Virus record (IMG/VR): IMGVR_UViG_3300044825_000698
Location: 35,045 to 99,044 of that record
Source: a virus
DNA length: 64,000 nt
Reading direction: 5' to 3' (one strand)
Positions within the stretch are counted from its first letter, which is position 1; every line of letters starts with the position of its first letter. The notes beneath the pieces were generated by a model, which saw nothing but the letters and a program-made list of their open reading frames with translations, was not told where the DNA came from and did not search any database. Shown piece by piece: positions 33,874-42,691 of this stretch. Both the position numbers and the translations under genes were made by a program.

Positions 33874-34092
33874 TTACTCGCCTTCTTGGAAGGACTTGTT
33901 GATCTCATCGGCATCTAGTGCGCCGTCCTTCAGGTACGCCTGAGCGAGAGATTCAACAACAGCGGCCACGCCACCGATGCCCGCCATGAGGGCGGCTTTC
34001 CACAATTCGACACCAGCGAGAGCACCGGCACCGACGACACCTAGCGCCGAAGCGGCAAACTTAGCAAGGATACGAGTGGCGATTGATTGCAT
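33874..34092 (-). CDS. Small two-TM membrane protein (holin-like)
   Basis: Two hydrophobic helices and DGALDADEIN tail. Confidence 0.5.
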   Translation of the reverse strand: MQSIATRILAKFAASALGVVGAGALAGVELWKAALMAGIGGVAAVVESLAQAYLKDGALDADEINKSFQEGE

Positions 34093-34140
34093 ACTGAGAA
34101 CATTATAACCCATGTCCTCCAGTATAGGTGCTTTTTATAT

Positions 34141-34359
34141 TTATTGTTTACGCCACACTGAAGGAGAGTGGTTGTATTCAATGTTCACTCTCTCTTCTTC
34201 CGAATCATAGATTCGGTAAACAGGAACGCAGGGGTCATGCCCTTCATCCATGTATTCCTCTTCTTCTTCGGTCATGGGAAGGCCGTCATGGATGGCGCAA
34301 ACCCTCGGCCCAATCCATCCCTTTTCCATGCCGTATGATACCCAGTCGTGGTACTCCAT
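34141..34359 (-). CDS. Hypothetical protein
   Basis: W.SYG.EKGW..P.VC..HDG.P....C pattern. Confidence 0.6.
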   Translation of the reverse strand: MEYHDWVSYGMEKGWIGPRVCAIHDGLPMTEEEEEYMDEGHDPCVPVYRIYDSEEERVNIEYNHSPSVWRKQ

Positions 34360-34391
34360 GAACGTGAGGATACCGACTCCTATTGACTACG

Positions 34392-34565
34392 TCAACTATC
34401 TTCGTCCGAATCTTCTGGCAAGGCTGTTCCAAGGAAATGTAAACCTAAAGCACCTATGAATGTCCATGTAGCCAACTTAAGAGTCTGACCAGTCAGTGTG
34501 TACAGGACTAGCAGGGTTCCGCATACGGTCCATATTTGAGCATGTACTTCTTTAATAAACTTCAT
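34392..34565 (-). CDS. Small membrane protein (57 aa)
   Basis: Manually translated; coupled to upstream stop; two TM segments. Confidence 0.45.
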   Translation of the reverse strand: MKFIKEVHAQIWTVCGTLLVLYTLTGQTLKLATWTFIGALGLHFLGTALPEDSDEDS

Positions 34566-35950
34566 CATTTGACCTTTCGGGGAGATGGAGATGGCAACAA
34601 AAAGGTTGCCGCTGTTACGACGATAAGAACTCGACGTGTCTTGACTGGCACTTTGGAATCAAGTGGTATATACGAGTCAAATTGACCACCAAATATGTTT
34701 ACAGCCTCTTCAAATGCCTTCTTAACTTCAGGAGGTGCTGATGACAAAGCAACCGCTAGTTGTTCCGCTTCCTCGTCGGTCAAATCCGCAGAAGCGATGT
34801 CCTCTATCAATGAGGCAATTTCATCCTCACTGAGATCCTGTAGATCTTCTGGGCTTACGCTTGTCAGGTACTCGACAAGTTCGCTCGCAGTTGGGACCTC
34901 AGGAAGGGTGGGTGGAGTCGAATCGTTCGCAGTAGGGGCAGTCGAATCCGCAGTCGGTGCATCTACAGGTTCCGAGGTCACAGCATCTGTGGAGGCAGTA
35001 TCCCCATTGTTCGCAGATGTGTCGGAGGGAGACTCGGTTGAGTCCTCGGGAGCAGAAGGGGCACTGGGAGTCGGAGCATCTGAAGGTTCCGGGGTCTCCA
35101 CTTCGGGAGTCGAGGGCGTCGAGGAGGGCGTCGATACTTCCGTAGACGGCGGTTCCGTCTCCTCCACTGGAACTGTCTCCTCCACCGGAGGTTGAGTTTC
35201 CGCTGGTGGTTCCGGTGTCGGAGGAATCATGACAGGCGCAGTCACTGGAGGAACAGTGGTAGTAGGCATCGTCGTCGGGGGTGTGGATTCCGTAGTTGGC
35301 GGCCATGTTTCCTCCGGTTGAGTAGTGGTGGTGGTCTCTTCAACTATTGTAGTCGTAGTCGTGGTTGTACTAGTTGTTGTAGTGGTAGTAGTTGTCGTAG
35401 TAGTGACAGGTGTAGTTTGGGTGTACCACGATTCGGGGATAAAACCCCAGCCCGGAGCGGTGTAGTACAGGAGGTAAGACGTTGCCCCACCACCGTTTTC
35501 ATAAACATACGCCTCTAATTGTTTCGGCTCGCCATTAGAGAAATCAACATCGGCGGTCTGGCCACACCCACCACCACGGTCGTACCAGTCATTAATAACT
35601 AGTACTCCATCTAGGTACAACCGGAACCCATCGTCAGAATTAGCGCAGACGTAATAAGTCTGGGCTGTGGGGGCAGATAACCACCCGGTGTACTTGACGA
35701 TTACCCCATCGCTACGACCACTATCTAGAACTTCCCCGCCACCCCAGTCGTGTGCGATCTGTGTAAGGGTGCCCGATGAAAGCACTGGTGATTCAGACGT
35801 AGGCATGTCTGGGGATTCTCCCCATGATGCGTAAGTTTGATAAACCAAGCCAGAGGAGTTACTCTCCGCTTCAACTCCGGGTGCGAACCAAGCAATACCT
35901 AATGTAACAATGAACATTAGGCGAGCCAGCACCAGTATGTTACGGCGCAT
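34565..35950 (-). CDS. Secreted PA14-domain protein with Thr/Pro-rich stalk and C-terminal TM
   Basis: Signal peptide; NSDDGFRLYLDG..VINDW, YENGGGA; poly-Thr. Confidence 0.8.
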   Translation of the reverse strand: MRRNILVLARLMFIVTLGIAWFAPGVEAESNSSGLVYQTYASWGESPDMPTSESPVLSSGTLTQIAHDWGGGEVLDSGRSDGVIVKYTGWLSAPTAQTYYVCANSDDGFRLYLDGVLVINDWYDRGGGCGQTADVDFSNGEPKQLEAYVYENGGGATSYLLYYTAPGWGFIPESWYTQTTPVTTTTTTTTTTTSTTTTTTTIVEETTTTTQPEETWPPTTESTPPTTMPTTTVPPVTAPVMIPPTPEPPAETQPPVEETVPVEETEPPSTEVSTPSSTPSTPEVETPEPSDAPTPSAPSAPEDSTESPSDTSANNGDTASTDAVTSEPVDAPTADSTAPTANDSTPPTLPEVPTASELVEYLTSVSPEDLQDLSEDEIASLIEDIASADLTDEEAEQLAVALSSAPPEVKKAFEEAVNIFGGQFDSYIPLDSKVPVKTRRVLIVVTAATFLLPSPSPRKVK

Positions 35951-35964
35951 GTACGCTCCTCTGT

Positions 35965-37404
35965 TTATTCAGGTCGCAGTGCTGAAGCGGTGAAGATTAA
36001 AACTCCAATTAGAACAAACAAGATTGAAAGTACTGCTAGTGTTTCTGAACTACTCCCAGTGTTGGGCAACGTAACTGCCGACGTGGTAGGGGTTGCCGAT
36101 GTAGTTGGGGATTCAGGGACAGTAGTTGTGGTTACTGTGCTCCACACAGCCACTAGATCAACATCGCTGGCGACGAAATAACGCCATACGCCATCTGAAG
36201 GATCTACTAGTAGAGGTAGGTCGAGGGGCGCTGTTGCTGACGATGTGGCCCATCCACCAAACACAAACCCGTCCTTCTTGCACTCCTCAGCGCCTGGTAG
36301 GTAGGTGTACCCAATGAAGGATGCTGAAACTGTGGCTGACTTTGGCTCGCCCCCGATGAGGCATGTACCATCACCAATATTGGTGAGTGCTTTGTAAAGA
36401 GGTACAACCGGTGTTGGAACAGTTGCCGAGGTCGTAGTGGGGGCGGCAGTTGTTGGAGCCGATGTCGTTGGAGGAGCGGTCGTTACGACTGGCGCATTTG
36501 GGTTGTTAGGTGCTACAGCACCGAACGTAGTTCCGTTTTTGGTTGTTCCACCAGGAGCGCTGTCTACTAGAAGAACCGGTGACAAAGCAGTATCACCCAA
36601 GTTGAAGACCGAGAAACCGAGGGTGTACGTGCCGGTTACAGATACCTCGTATGTCGAAATCTGCCAGCCGGTGGAACCGTAGGTGCCAGTGGAGTAATCA
36701 CCAGTACCTGGGTTGGTGAACCCTAGAAGAGCGTAGTTACCAACACCATTATTGACTTTGATGGTCGGGGCTGGGTCTGATCCGGTGTATACAAGGGATG
36801 TGATCGAACCATCATTGAACGGCACATAATCAGTACCGATGTAGTTCCACGCCATCGTGTAGACGGTATTTGCGCTCAAAGTCACCGAACGGGTGATCCA
36901 GGCGGCGTTAGTTGGATTACCACTACCGTTGCCTGAGGCGGTTGCCTGTTGAGACAGCAGAGTCTTGATGGACGCACTTTGGGTGGTGGTAAGCCCCAAA
37001 GAAGTCATGGACGAATCAAAGGACACTCCACCAGCGGGCTGGAGAAGCCCAGCCTTACTGCCATATGGCGAGAAAGTCCAGGTAGTAGGCTGTACGGCGG
37101 GCGCGTAGTATGGATTCGGCTGGCCACTGACGGTTGGATTTCCAACCGCATTGTGAGCCGGGGCATTGAACGTAACGGCCCCACCGATGATGTTTACACC
37201 AGTTCCACTACCTGTAATCGTGGTCCCGTTTAGAGTTCCCGTCTGAGAACCAATGTTCCAGCCTGAGAAAGAGCCATCCTCAAAGTCAATGTTGGTTCCA
37301 CTAACGGAATCAGCATGGGAGTCTCCTGCTAGGGCAAATGACATTCCCAATGTTATGGAGGACAGTATGAGTACATTACGGAGTCTTAAAAGTGGTTTAT
37401 GCAT
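35965..37404 (-). CDS. Secreted surface protein with LPXTG-type sorting signal
   Basis: Signal peptide; C-terminal LPNTG followed by a hydrophobic segment; KDGFVFGGW repeat-like segment. Confidence 0.75.
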   Translation of the reverse strand: MHKPLLRLRNVLILSSITLGMSFALAGDSHADSVSGTNIDFEDGSFSGWNIGSQTGTLNGTTITGSGTGVNIIGGAVTFNAPAHNAVGNPTVSGQPNPYYAPAVQPTTWTFSPYGSKAGLLQPAGGVSFDSSMTSLGLTTTQSASIKTLLSQQATASGNGSGNPTNAAWITRSVTLSANTVYTMAWNYIGTDYVPFNDGSITSLVYTGSDPAPTIKVNNGVGNYALLGFTNPGTGDYSTGTYGSTGWQISTYEVSVTGTYTLGFSVFNLGDTALSPVLLVDSAPGGTTKNGTTFGAVAPNNPNAPVVTTAPPTTSAPTTAAPTTTSATVPTPVVPLYKALTNIGDGTCLIGGEPKSATVSASFIGYTYLPGAEECKKDGFVFGGWATSSATAPLDLPLLVDPSDGVWRYFVASDVDLVAVWSTVTTTTVPESPTTSATPTTSAVTLPNTGSSSETLAVLSILFVLIGVLIFTASALRPE

Positions 37405-37612
37405 GCACTAAGTATAACAAACGTCATTGTTTATATAAAAAGAATAGAGACGATGCTATGACTTTTGTCACAAGGCAAAACAACAGTTATCCACAGGTTT
37501 CTTATCTAAATAACGTCTTATAGATATAAGAACTGAAAACTGCACGCAATGTTATATACGAACTCCCCATATTACCGGGTATAAGCCGTTATAGGGTTTA
37601 TAAATACAAACG

Positions 37613-37759
37613 TCAGCGACGATGTTGCTTTGCCTTCTCAACTTCCATTAAAAATGGACTAACAGCAAATAAAACAGCCAATACTGCACCAACAGTGTAC
37701 GAAACGGCGGCAACGCCCAGAGCAGTGGCCGAGGTTTTCAAGAACGATTGAACATTCAC
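37613..37759 (-). CDS. Small membrane protein (48 aa)
   Basis: Manually translated; GTGA overlap with upstream gene. Confidence 0.35.
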   Translation of the reverse strand: MNVQSFLKTSATALGVAAVSYTVGAVLAVLFAVSPFLMEVEKAKQHRR

Positions 37760-38040
37760 CGGAACTTGCCCAACTTAGGGGGTCTCTTGTATGTGGAAAG
37801 GACAGGAGTCTCTAATGCGGCCTCAAACACGGTATCGCAGTCATCACAGCGCACCTTCTTACTGGTGATCTGGGACTTACCGCTGGTATTGCGGCTCGGT
37901 AGATCAACTGTCGAACGGTTGCCACAAGTAGGACACTTGTCGTTCAATGGCTTGGCCGCAGGAAGTGGGGCCGGTTGTGCCTGTGGCGTAGGAGCCATCA
38001 AGGGTCGCCCACTCTTGTCATAAAGGAACTGGTCTGCCAT
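37756..38040 (-). CDS. Zn-ribbon protein
   Basis: CPTC...CDDC; ATG overlaps upstream stop. Confidence 0.6.
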   Translation of the reverse strand: MADQFLYDKSGRPLMAPTPQAQPAPLPAAKPLNDKCPTCGNRSTVDLPSRNTSGKSQITSKKVRCDDCDTVFEAALETPVLSTYKRPPKLGKFR

Positions 38041-38702
38041 TACTGTCCTAACTCTGGTTGATACCAACCCTCAGGATTATTATTCTCAAACTGTGGACCC
38101 ATATGGGCCTTTTTGGCCTGACTGTGTCCCTTGACGATTTTACGAATCGTTTCCCGCCCGGCTTTTACTTCAGCGTCAGATACAGGGTCCAGGTCTTGGA
38201 ACACGGCGGGGACTAATTCATGGTGGTATGTATTAGCACCTCCCGATCCAATACTGTTCGTTGTACCGGCATTTGGATTTCTCTGGTTTACTAAGACCGT
38301 CCCAGACTCTATGCCTTTCTTGGCCAGTTTGGAACTATGTTCAGATAAATCACCTGAGTACGTCAGACCAGTCCCGATCTTGGTGGCTTCATTGATCGCC
38401 ATACCCAGCAACGTCGGTGTATATGAACGCATCGAATGATCAGCAAAAGCGCTCTCAATAACAGATGGGTGAGTTTGGAACATCTTTAGTTGATCGCCTG
38501 GTTTTGCATGGATATTATGAGCAAGTGATTCGGAATCGGTATCTCCGAATCTCCCATACTCGTAACGGCCCCGGCGAAGTCCTATCTCTGCTGATGGGTG
38601 CAATTTGTAGTGGTATTCGTCCGAGCGTGTATCGTCTGACCTGACAAAGAACCCCGTATTAAAAGCACTTGGGTTATTAGGAGTCTTGAAGTATTTAGCC
38701 AT
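38040..38702 (-). CDS. Hypothetical protein, possibly degenerate GNAT fold; paralog of next gene
   Basis: AFADHSMRS..PTLLGMAIN.A...GLTY...L..HSS.LAK.G shared with 38702-39355. Confidence 0.6.
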   Translation of the reverse strand: MAKYFKTPNNPSAFNTGFFVRSDDTRSDEYHYKLHPSAEIGLRRGRYEYGRFGDTDSESLAHNIHAKPGDQLKMFQTHPSVIESAFADHSMRSYTPTLLGMAINEATKIGTGLTYSGDLSEHSSKLAKKGIESGTVLVNQRNPNAGTTNSIGSGGANTYHHELVPAVFQDLDPVSDAEVKAGRETIRKIVKGHSQAKKAHMGPQFENNNPEGWYQPELGQ

Positions 38703-39355
38703 TACTTACCCAATTCAGGTTGATGCCACTCAGTATCAAGATCAGGGTGCTTGAACTGTGGTCCCATGTGCTTCGCAGGTCGCCCAGACCGGACAAGGTC
38801 ACGGATCGTCTCTTTGCTCCGAGATATGGTGTTTGGATCGGCTGGGTTAGCACTACTTAGCGTTCTTTTATCAATAAGGTATTCGTGTGTGTCTAGGTCT
38901 TCTGCGTCCCATTCGTCACCGTAAGCGAGAGGGTTGTTTGGGTTACGTGTAAGGATTCCCTTAGCCATGCCTCTTTTAGCAAGCCTTGAACTATGCGCCG
39001 TCAAGGAATCGTCGTAGGTCAATCCAAACCCAGCATCCTTGGCATCATTGATCGCCATTCCAAGGAGCGTAGGAACACGGGAACGTAGGGAATGGTCGCT
39101 GAACGCATAACTGATCTTGGCGGGGCGCATATTGAACAGACGCATCTGATCAGTGCCCTCGTCGTAGTAATCACCTGACATCCTGTCATTTACGTCATAG
39201 TGGTCACTATTGTATTCGTAGTAACCCTTATCCATGTCTACTTCGGCGGCTGGATGCATACCACTACGTTCTGAAGAACTAACAGCCAAGTATCTCGACG
39301 ATAACGGATAAACATCCCTGTGGATGTTTGTTGTTGAGTTCTTCTTAATGGCCAT
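38702..39355 (-). CDS. Hypothetical protein, paralog of 38040-38702
   Basis: Same core; C-terminal HMGPQF...W.QPELG. Confidence 0.6.
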   Translation of the reverse strand: MAIKKNSTTNIHRDVYPLSSRYLAVSSSERSGMHPAAEVDMDKGYYEYNSDHYDVNDRMSGDYYDEGTDQMRLFNMRPAKISYAFSDHSLRSRVPTLLGMAINDAKDAGFGLTYDDSLTAHSSRLAKRGMAKGILTRNPNNPLAYGDEWDAEDLDTHEYLIDKRTLSSANPADPNTISRSKETIRDLVRSGRPAKHMGPQFKHPDLDTEWHQPELGK

Positions 39356-39393
39356 AATGCCAATAATACCAGACCAAGAAAATTAGCCCTCAG

Positions 39394-39711
39394 TCACACT
39401 GCGTCTCGGTTGATGGGGTACTCCATGGCCTCTATTGTTTTCAGCCCCTCGGGGTCGACAACATACTGTTCACCTTCAGGTACTCCCCAGACACTGGAAT
39501 CTTTTGAAGTGGGCTGTACTTTATAGACAGTTCCAAACAACCTGTTTTCGTCCATAGCGCCAAAACGGGCGTATCTACGAGCAGTAGCAATATTGGTTGT
39601 CCCATAAGCACCATGCCCAAGAGAACCTCGCCCTGGTCGAACAACTCCACCTTCTACTTCTCCACCGGTACCGTGGAACAGATCTTTGTTCAGGGCATCT
39701 TTAGCGGCCAT
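39394..39711 (-). CDS. ADP-ribosyltransferase-like protein (H-type, Arr-like)
   Basis: LFHGT...VRPG...AYGTT....ARRYA...GTVYKV. Confidence 0.6.
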   Translation of the reverse strand: MAAKDALNKDLFHGTGGEVEGGVVRPGRGSLGHGAYGTTNIATARRYARFGAMDENRLFGTVYKVQPTSKDSSVWGVPEGEQYVVDPEGLKTIEAMEYPINRDAV

Positions 39712-40114
39712 TTGGACGCTCTTCATTCTCACGATGTGTATGCTCGGGCAAGCCACTACGACGTGGGGCCTCATCGGAATAGGTAATCGGTACAAAAGTT
39801 GTGTCCTCGACCGAAGCCACCCGGTGGAACCCATCTCTGATCATGGGGTTTCGCCCGGAAGTTTCTAAACGTACAGGATTAACTATCCCTTCACGCATGA
39901 CTGACCTATACACACCGCTTTTGATGGCCTCATCCTCTTTACGACTCCACAAGGCTTCCTCAGGAGTACGTGGGCGCATGAACCCTTCTGGGTCCCGAAC
40001 CATTGTCCGGTCAGATACATCTTCGACCGTTAATTCGTTCGGGTGAACAGGAAGGCTCTTGATCCACTTGGCTGGCATGAACAACTGGTCGTTTAAATGG
40101 TGAAATGCGGCCAT
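39701..40114 (-). CDS. ParB/Srx N-terminal-domain-like protein
   Basis: SVMREGIVNPVRL.....IRDGFHR. Confidence 0.6.
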   Translation of the reverse strand: MAAFHHLNDQLFMPAKWIKSLPVHPNELTVEDVSDRTMVRDPEGFMRPRTPEEALWSRKEDEAIKSGVYRSVMREGIVNPVRLETSGRNPMIRDGFHRVASVEDTTFVPITYSDEAPRRSGLPEHTHRENEERPNGR

Positions 40115-40554
40115 CAGTCGTCCCACCAACTGCTTTGCCTAGGTGTCTTCTCAACACCAACAATGTCTTTTGGATTAATCCGGCCCTCATGGAAGACGGC
40201 TCCGGTCTCACGTAGTGAGTTCTTCCAGTCTTTGTCGTCATCACGCAGTTTAGAAGGATCAAATGACCGTTTCTGTACACCGTAATCCTGTGCGTAGACT
40301 GGATCTCCAAATGAGTTACGGTCGACACGAAGGTTGCGAGGATTGGCCCGCACAGTCAAAACGACTGGTTCACCACTGGCGGATTCATCAGCCGCCGCAT
40401 TGGCATAGTACCTGGCTAGGTCATAGTCATGGGTCAAATACGCCCCTGTTTCCTTACCTAACCCCGATTTTTTAATTCTCTCCACCTGAGATGCGTCAGT
40501 GCCGTGGTACAAGCGCATATGAAATTGATTGCCCTTGTTGCCTTTGATCGCCAT
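40114..40554 (-). CDS. ADP-ribosyltransferase-like protein (H-Y type)
   Basis: LYHGT.....IKKSGL...GAYLT.....ARYYA...PVVLTV...G.I.P..I. Confidence 0.65.
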   Translation of the reverse strand: MAIKGNKGNQFHMRLYHGTDASQVERIKKSGLGKETGAYLTHDYDLARYYANAAADESASGEPVVLTVRANPRNLRVDRNSFGDPVYAQDYGVQKRSFDPSKLRDDDKDWKNSLRETGAVFHEGRINPKDIVGVEKTPRQSSWWDD

Positions 40555-40578
40555 AACAACAATATTACCAGGATAGGA

Positions 40579-40983
40579 TCATTGGTAATCTATGGCACTA
40601 CGGATATCACGTGAATCGTAAACATACGCCGGAATTTTACGCATCCCAGCGGCCCTAGCGGCCACCGCCCTGTGATGACCTTCCAACACAATCCCGCCCT
40701 CTTTGTCACCGAGTACTTCAATGCGCTCATTGGGGTCATAACCACGGGATTTAATCGAGTTCATCAGGCTTCTTGCCTTGTCACGGTCGATATCATGGAG
40801 CGCCATGAGTCCACCGATGGGTACGTCAACCTCTTCGGCGTGCGTGGAGTACTTAGCATTGGCGACGGCCTCATTAGCCGCTTCAGGATCGTCCATACGG
40901 ACCTCATCGGCCAATCCCTCGTATCCAGCAAACCGTCGAGAAGACGGTCTGAATTGGCCACCACGGTTTCCTTTAATCGGCAT
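40579..40983 (-). CDS. ParB/Srx N-terminal-domain protein
   Basis: LMNSIKSRGY...IEV......VLEGHHRAVAARAAGMRKIPAYV. Confidence 0.75.
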   Translation of the reverse strand: MPIKGNRGGQFRPSSRRFAGYEGLADEVRMDDPEAANEAVANAKYSTHAEEVDVPIGGLMALHDIDRDKARSLMNSIKSRGYDPNERIEVLGDKEGGIVLEGHHRAVAARAAGMRKIPAYVYDSRDIRSAIDYQ

Positions 40984-41007
40984 ACCTACATCGTATCAGG
41001 ATAGGGA

Positions 41008-41373
41008 TTACCAGTCGCTCCCGTCATGGTCTGGCTCATACGCAGTACGGTTGTAGTACTTGGTTTCAAACTCTTCAGCCAGGTGGGTAGAGGCCGGGTG
41101 AATGGTCCTACCCCAGTCAATGAACGATTTAGGGTACCGATCATAAAGATGTTGCATCATCTTACGGGCGTGACCTTTTCCTTCGTCTGGACTACGAAGG
41201 TAACTAGCCTCGATACGGGACGGCATGTCTTCATCATCTGCGTCGGTATAGTGGTCATACTCCAAAGTAGCCTTTTCTCCATCGAAATTGTTCATACGAA
41301 GAATGTGAGAGCCTTTGCCCACCTTTTCATGGATGAACTCAAACTGACTGCTCATATGTGGACGACGTGCCAT
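41008..41373 (-). CDS. GNAT-like acetyltransferase
   Basis: Acetyl-CoA-binding-like EGKGHARKMMQHL. Confidence 0.55.
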   Translation of the reverse strand: MARRPHMSSQFEFIHEKVGKGSHILRMNNFDGEKATLEYDHYTDADDEDMPSRIEASYLRSPDEGKGHARKMMQHLYDRYPKSFIDWGRTIHPASTHLAEEFETKYYNRTAYEPDHDGSDW

Positions 41374-41443
41374 ACAGAAAGTGTATCAGGATAGGGCTAT
41401 CAGGGAGTTACACAGGTGGCCCGGTATGGGGCAAGAACCGGTC

Positions 41444-41854
41444 TTACGCCCGAAATTTACGTAACTCGCCCAACTTCATATCTTGTCGTTTGACCGTACG
41501 TGATTCGCCCTCTTCAGGGAAATGGGTAATCTCTGTGACGTGGATCATTGCTCCGGGTCGTACAGTCCGTTCGCTCTCATATCGTCCACGAGGATCGTCC
41601 GAACCAATGACCCCCCACCGGTCCTTGACATTTTCCCACTCCTGAGAACCTTCTTCTATGATGTGGCGACGGTGGACCTTGGCCCCAACAATGGTTCCTG
41701 GAGACCCTTCCCAGTCAACCCCAGCAAAATCACGGGCCACGTCGTAATCGGTCGTCCAATGCGGCCCCATACGGTGCTTATCCAAGGTTTCAGGGGTGGC
41801 TTCCTGTAGACCACGGTACAACTGTATGAACTGGGGGCCGTTAGGGCGAGGCAT
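41444..41854 (-). CDS. ADP-ribosyltransferase-like protein (R-S-E type)
   Basis: LYRGL...HWTTD..VARDFA...ESE.TV. Confidence 0.6.
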   Translation of the reverse strand: MPRPNGPQFIQLYRGLQEATPETLDKHRMGPHWTTDYDVARDFAGVDWEGSPGTIVGAKVHRRHIIEEGSQEWENVKDRWGVIGSDDPRGRYESERTVRPGAMIHVTEITHFPEEGESRTVKRQDMKLGELRKFRA

Positions 41855-41930
41855 ATACCCATCGTACCACTCGGAATAGGGCTATTACGCAATGGGGTGG
41901 TGGGTGGGTGGTGCTCTCTACCCCCGACCC

Positions 41931-42115
41931 TGTGGATAACCTGTGGATAACCATGGGGGGTGTGCCATAGGTCACACCACACCGTGTGACAAATGTCACA
42001 TGGCCCTGTGGATAACTCCCTCATTCTGTGGATAACTACCCTGTGGACAGGCTGTGGATAACTCGGGCCGAATGGGGCCGATCCTGTGGATAAGTGCCCT
42101 GCTGGCTGTGGATAC
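41931..42115. promoter_or_regulatory. Array of co-oriented DnaA boxes
   Basis: TGTGGATAA at 41931, 41942, 42007, 42027, 42053, 42085; near-matches at 42042 and 42107. Confidence 0.85.
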
Positions 42116-42576
42116 AGAAGTCCCACGGTAACCGGCGTTTGCCCTGCTCAGGGGCACATTCCGTTATCCCCGGTAACCACTTTCAGCCCGTCCTCTGGGT
42201 AAGAGGGCATAACGGGTCCAGAATGGGGGGTGCGTGGCTCTCCGGGCCTCTGAGGGGGCAATGGTGGCAACCGTGACAAATGTCACATCGACCCTATGGT
42301 TGGGCCTATGTGACAAGTGTCACAGGTGATCGGGGGATGGGGGTAGGCGTGACGCTGGTCACTACCCCTGGGATACTTGCTATCAGCAACTAAATACTTG
42401 CTCACTACAACCTTCTCCCCGTACACGCGCACGCGCATACACGCACGCACGCATACGCACGCCCGTACGCACGCACACGCCCACGCCTGTTTCCTCTCCC
42501 TCCCCAAGACGCATACTTGCTGAGTACAACCTTTGGGCCGATTTGGGCGACCCTGGGTAGTGTGACGGATTTCACA
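41961..42576. promoter_or_regulatory. Cluster of CRP/GlxR-like boxes (TGTGA-N6-TCACA)
   Basis: Perfect at 41985, 42309, 42561; variants at 41961, 42272, 42348. Confidence 0.7.
42420..42480. repeat. Alternating purine-pyrimidine (ACGC)n-like tract
   Basis: Uninterrupted RY alternation 42420-42462, resuming 42464-42480. Confidence 0.85.
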
Positions 42577-42691
42577 CCTTTATGACTCGTTGTTTGCCCG
42601 GCAGTGAGGGCAGACTGGGGGGGTCGGAGCAGACAGCCCCGACACCGGGTGTCTCACCGTGAGACAGCCGGGCAACTCAGAAAGGTCAGCC

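Noticed and set aside
40579-40983. ParB-N proteins as the binder of the 17-bp palindrome
   Set aside because: They consist only of the N-terminal domain with no evident HTH
41985-42324. GTGAC...GTCAC as matS
   Set aside because: matS has a 3-bp spacer and is gammaproteobacterial; the 4-bp spacer here fits TGTGA-N6-TCACA
41656-42507. ORFs over the junction (41656-42126, 42283-42507)
   Set aside because: Translations simply mirror the DnaA boxes (YPQPVH) and the RY tract (CVRACV); the region is best read as non-coding
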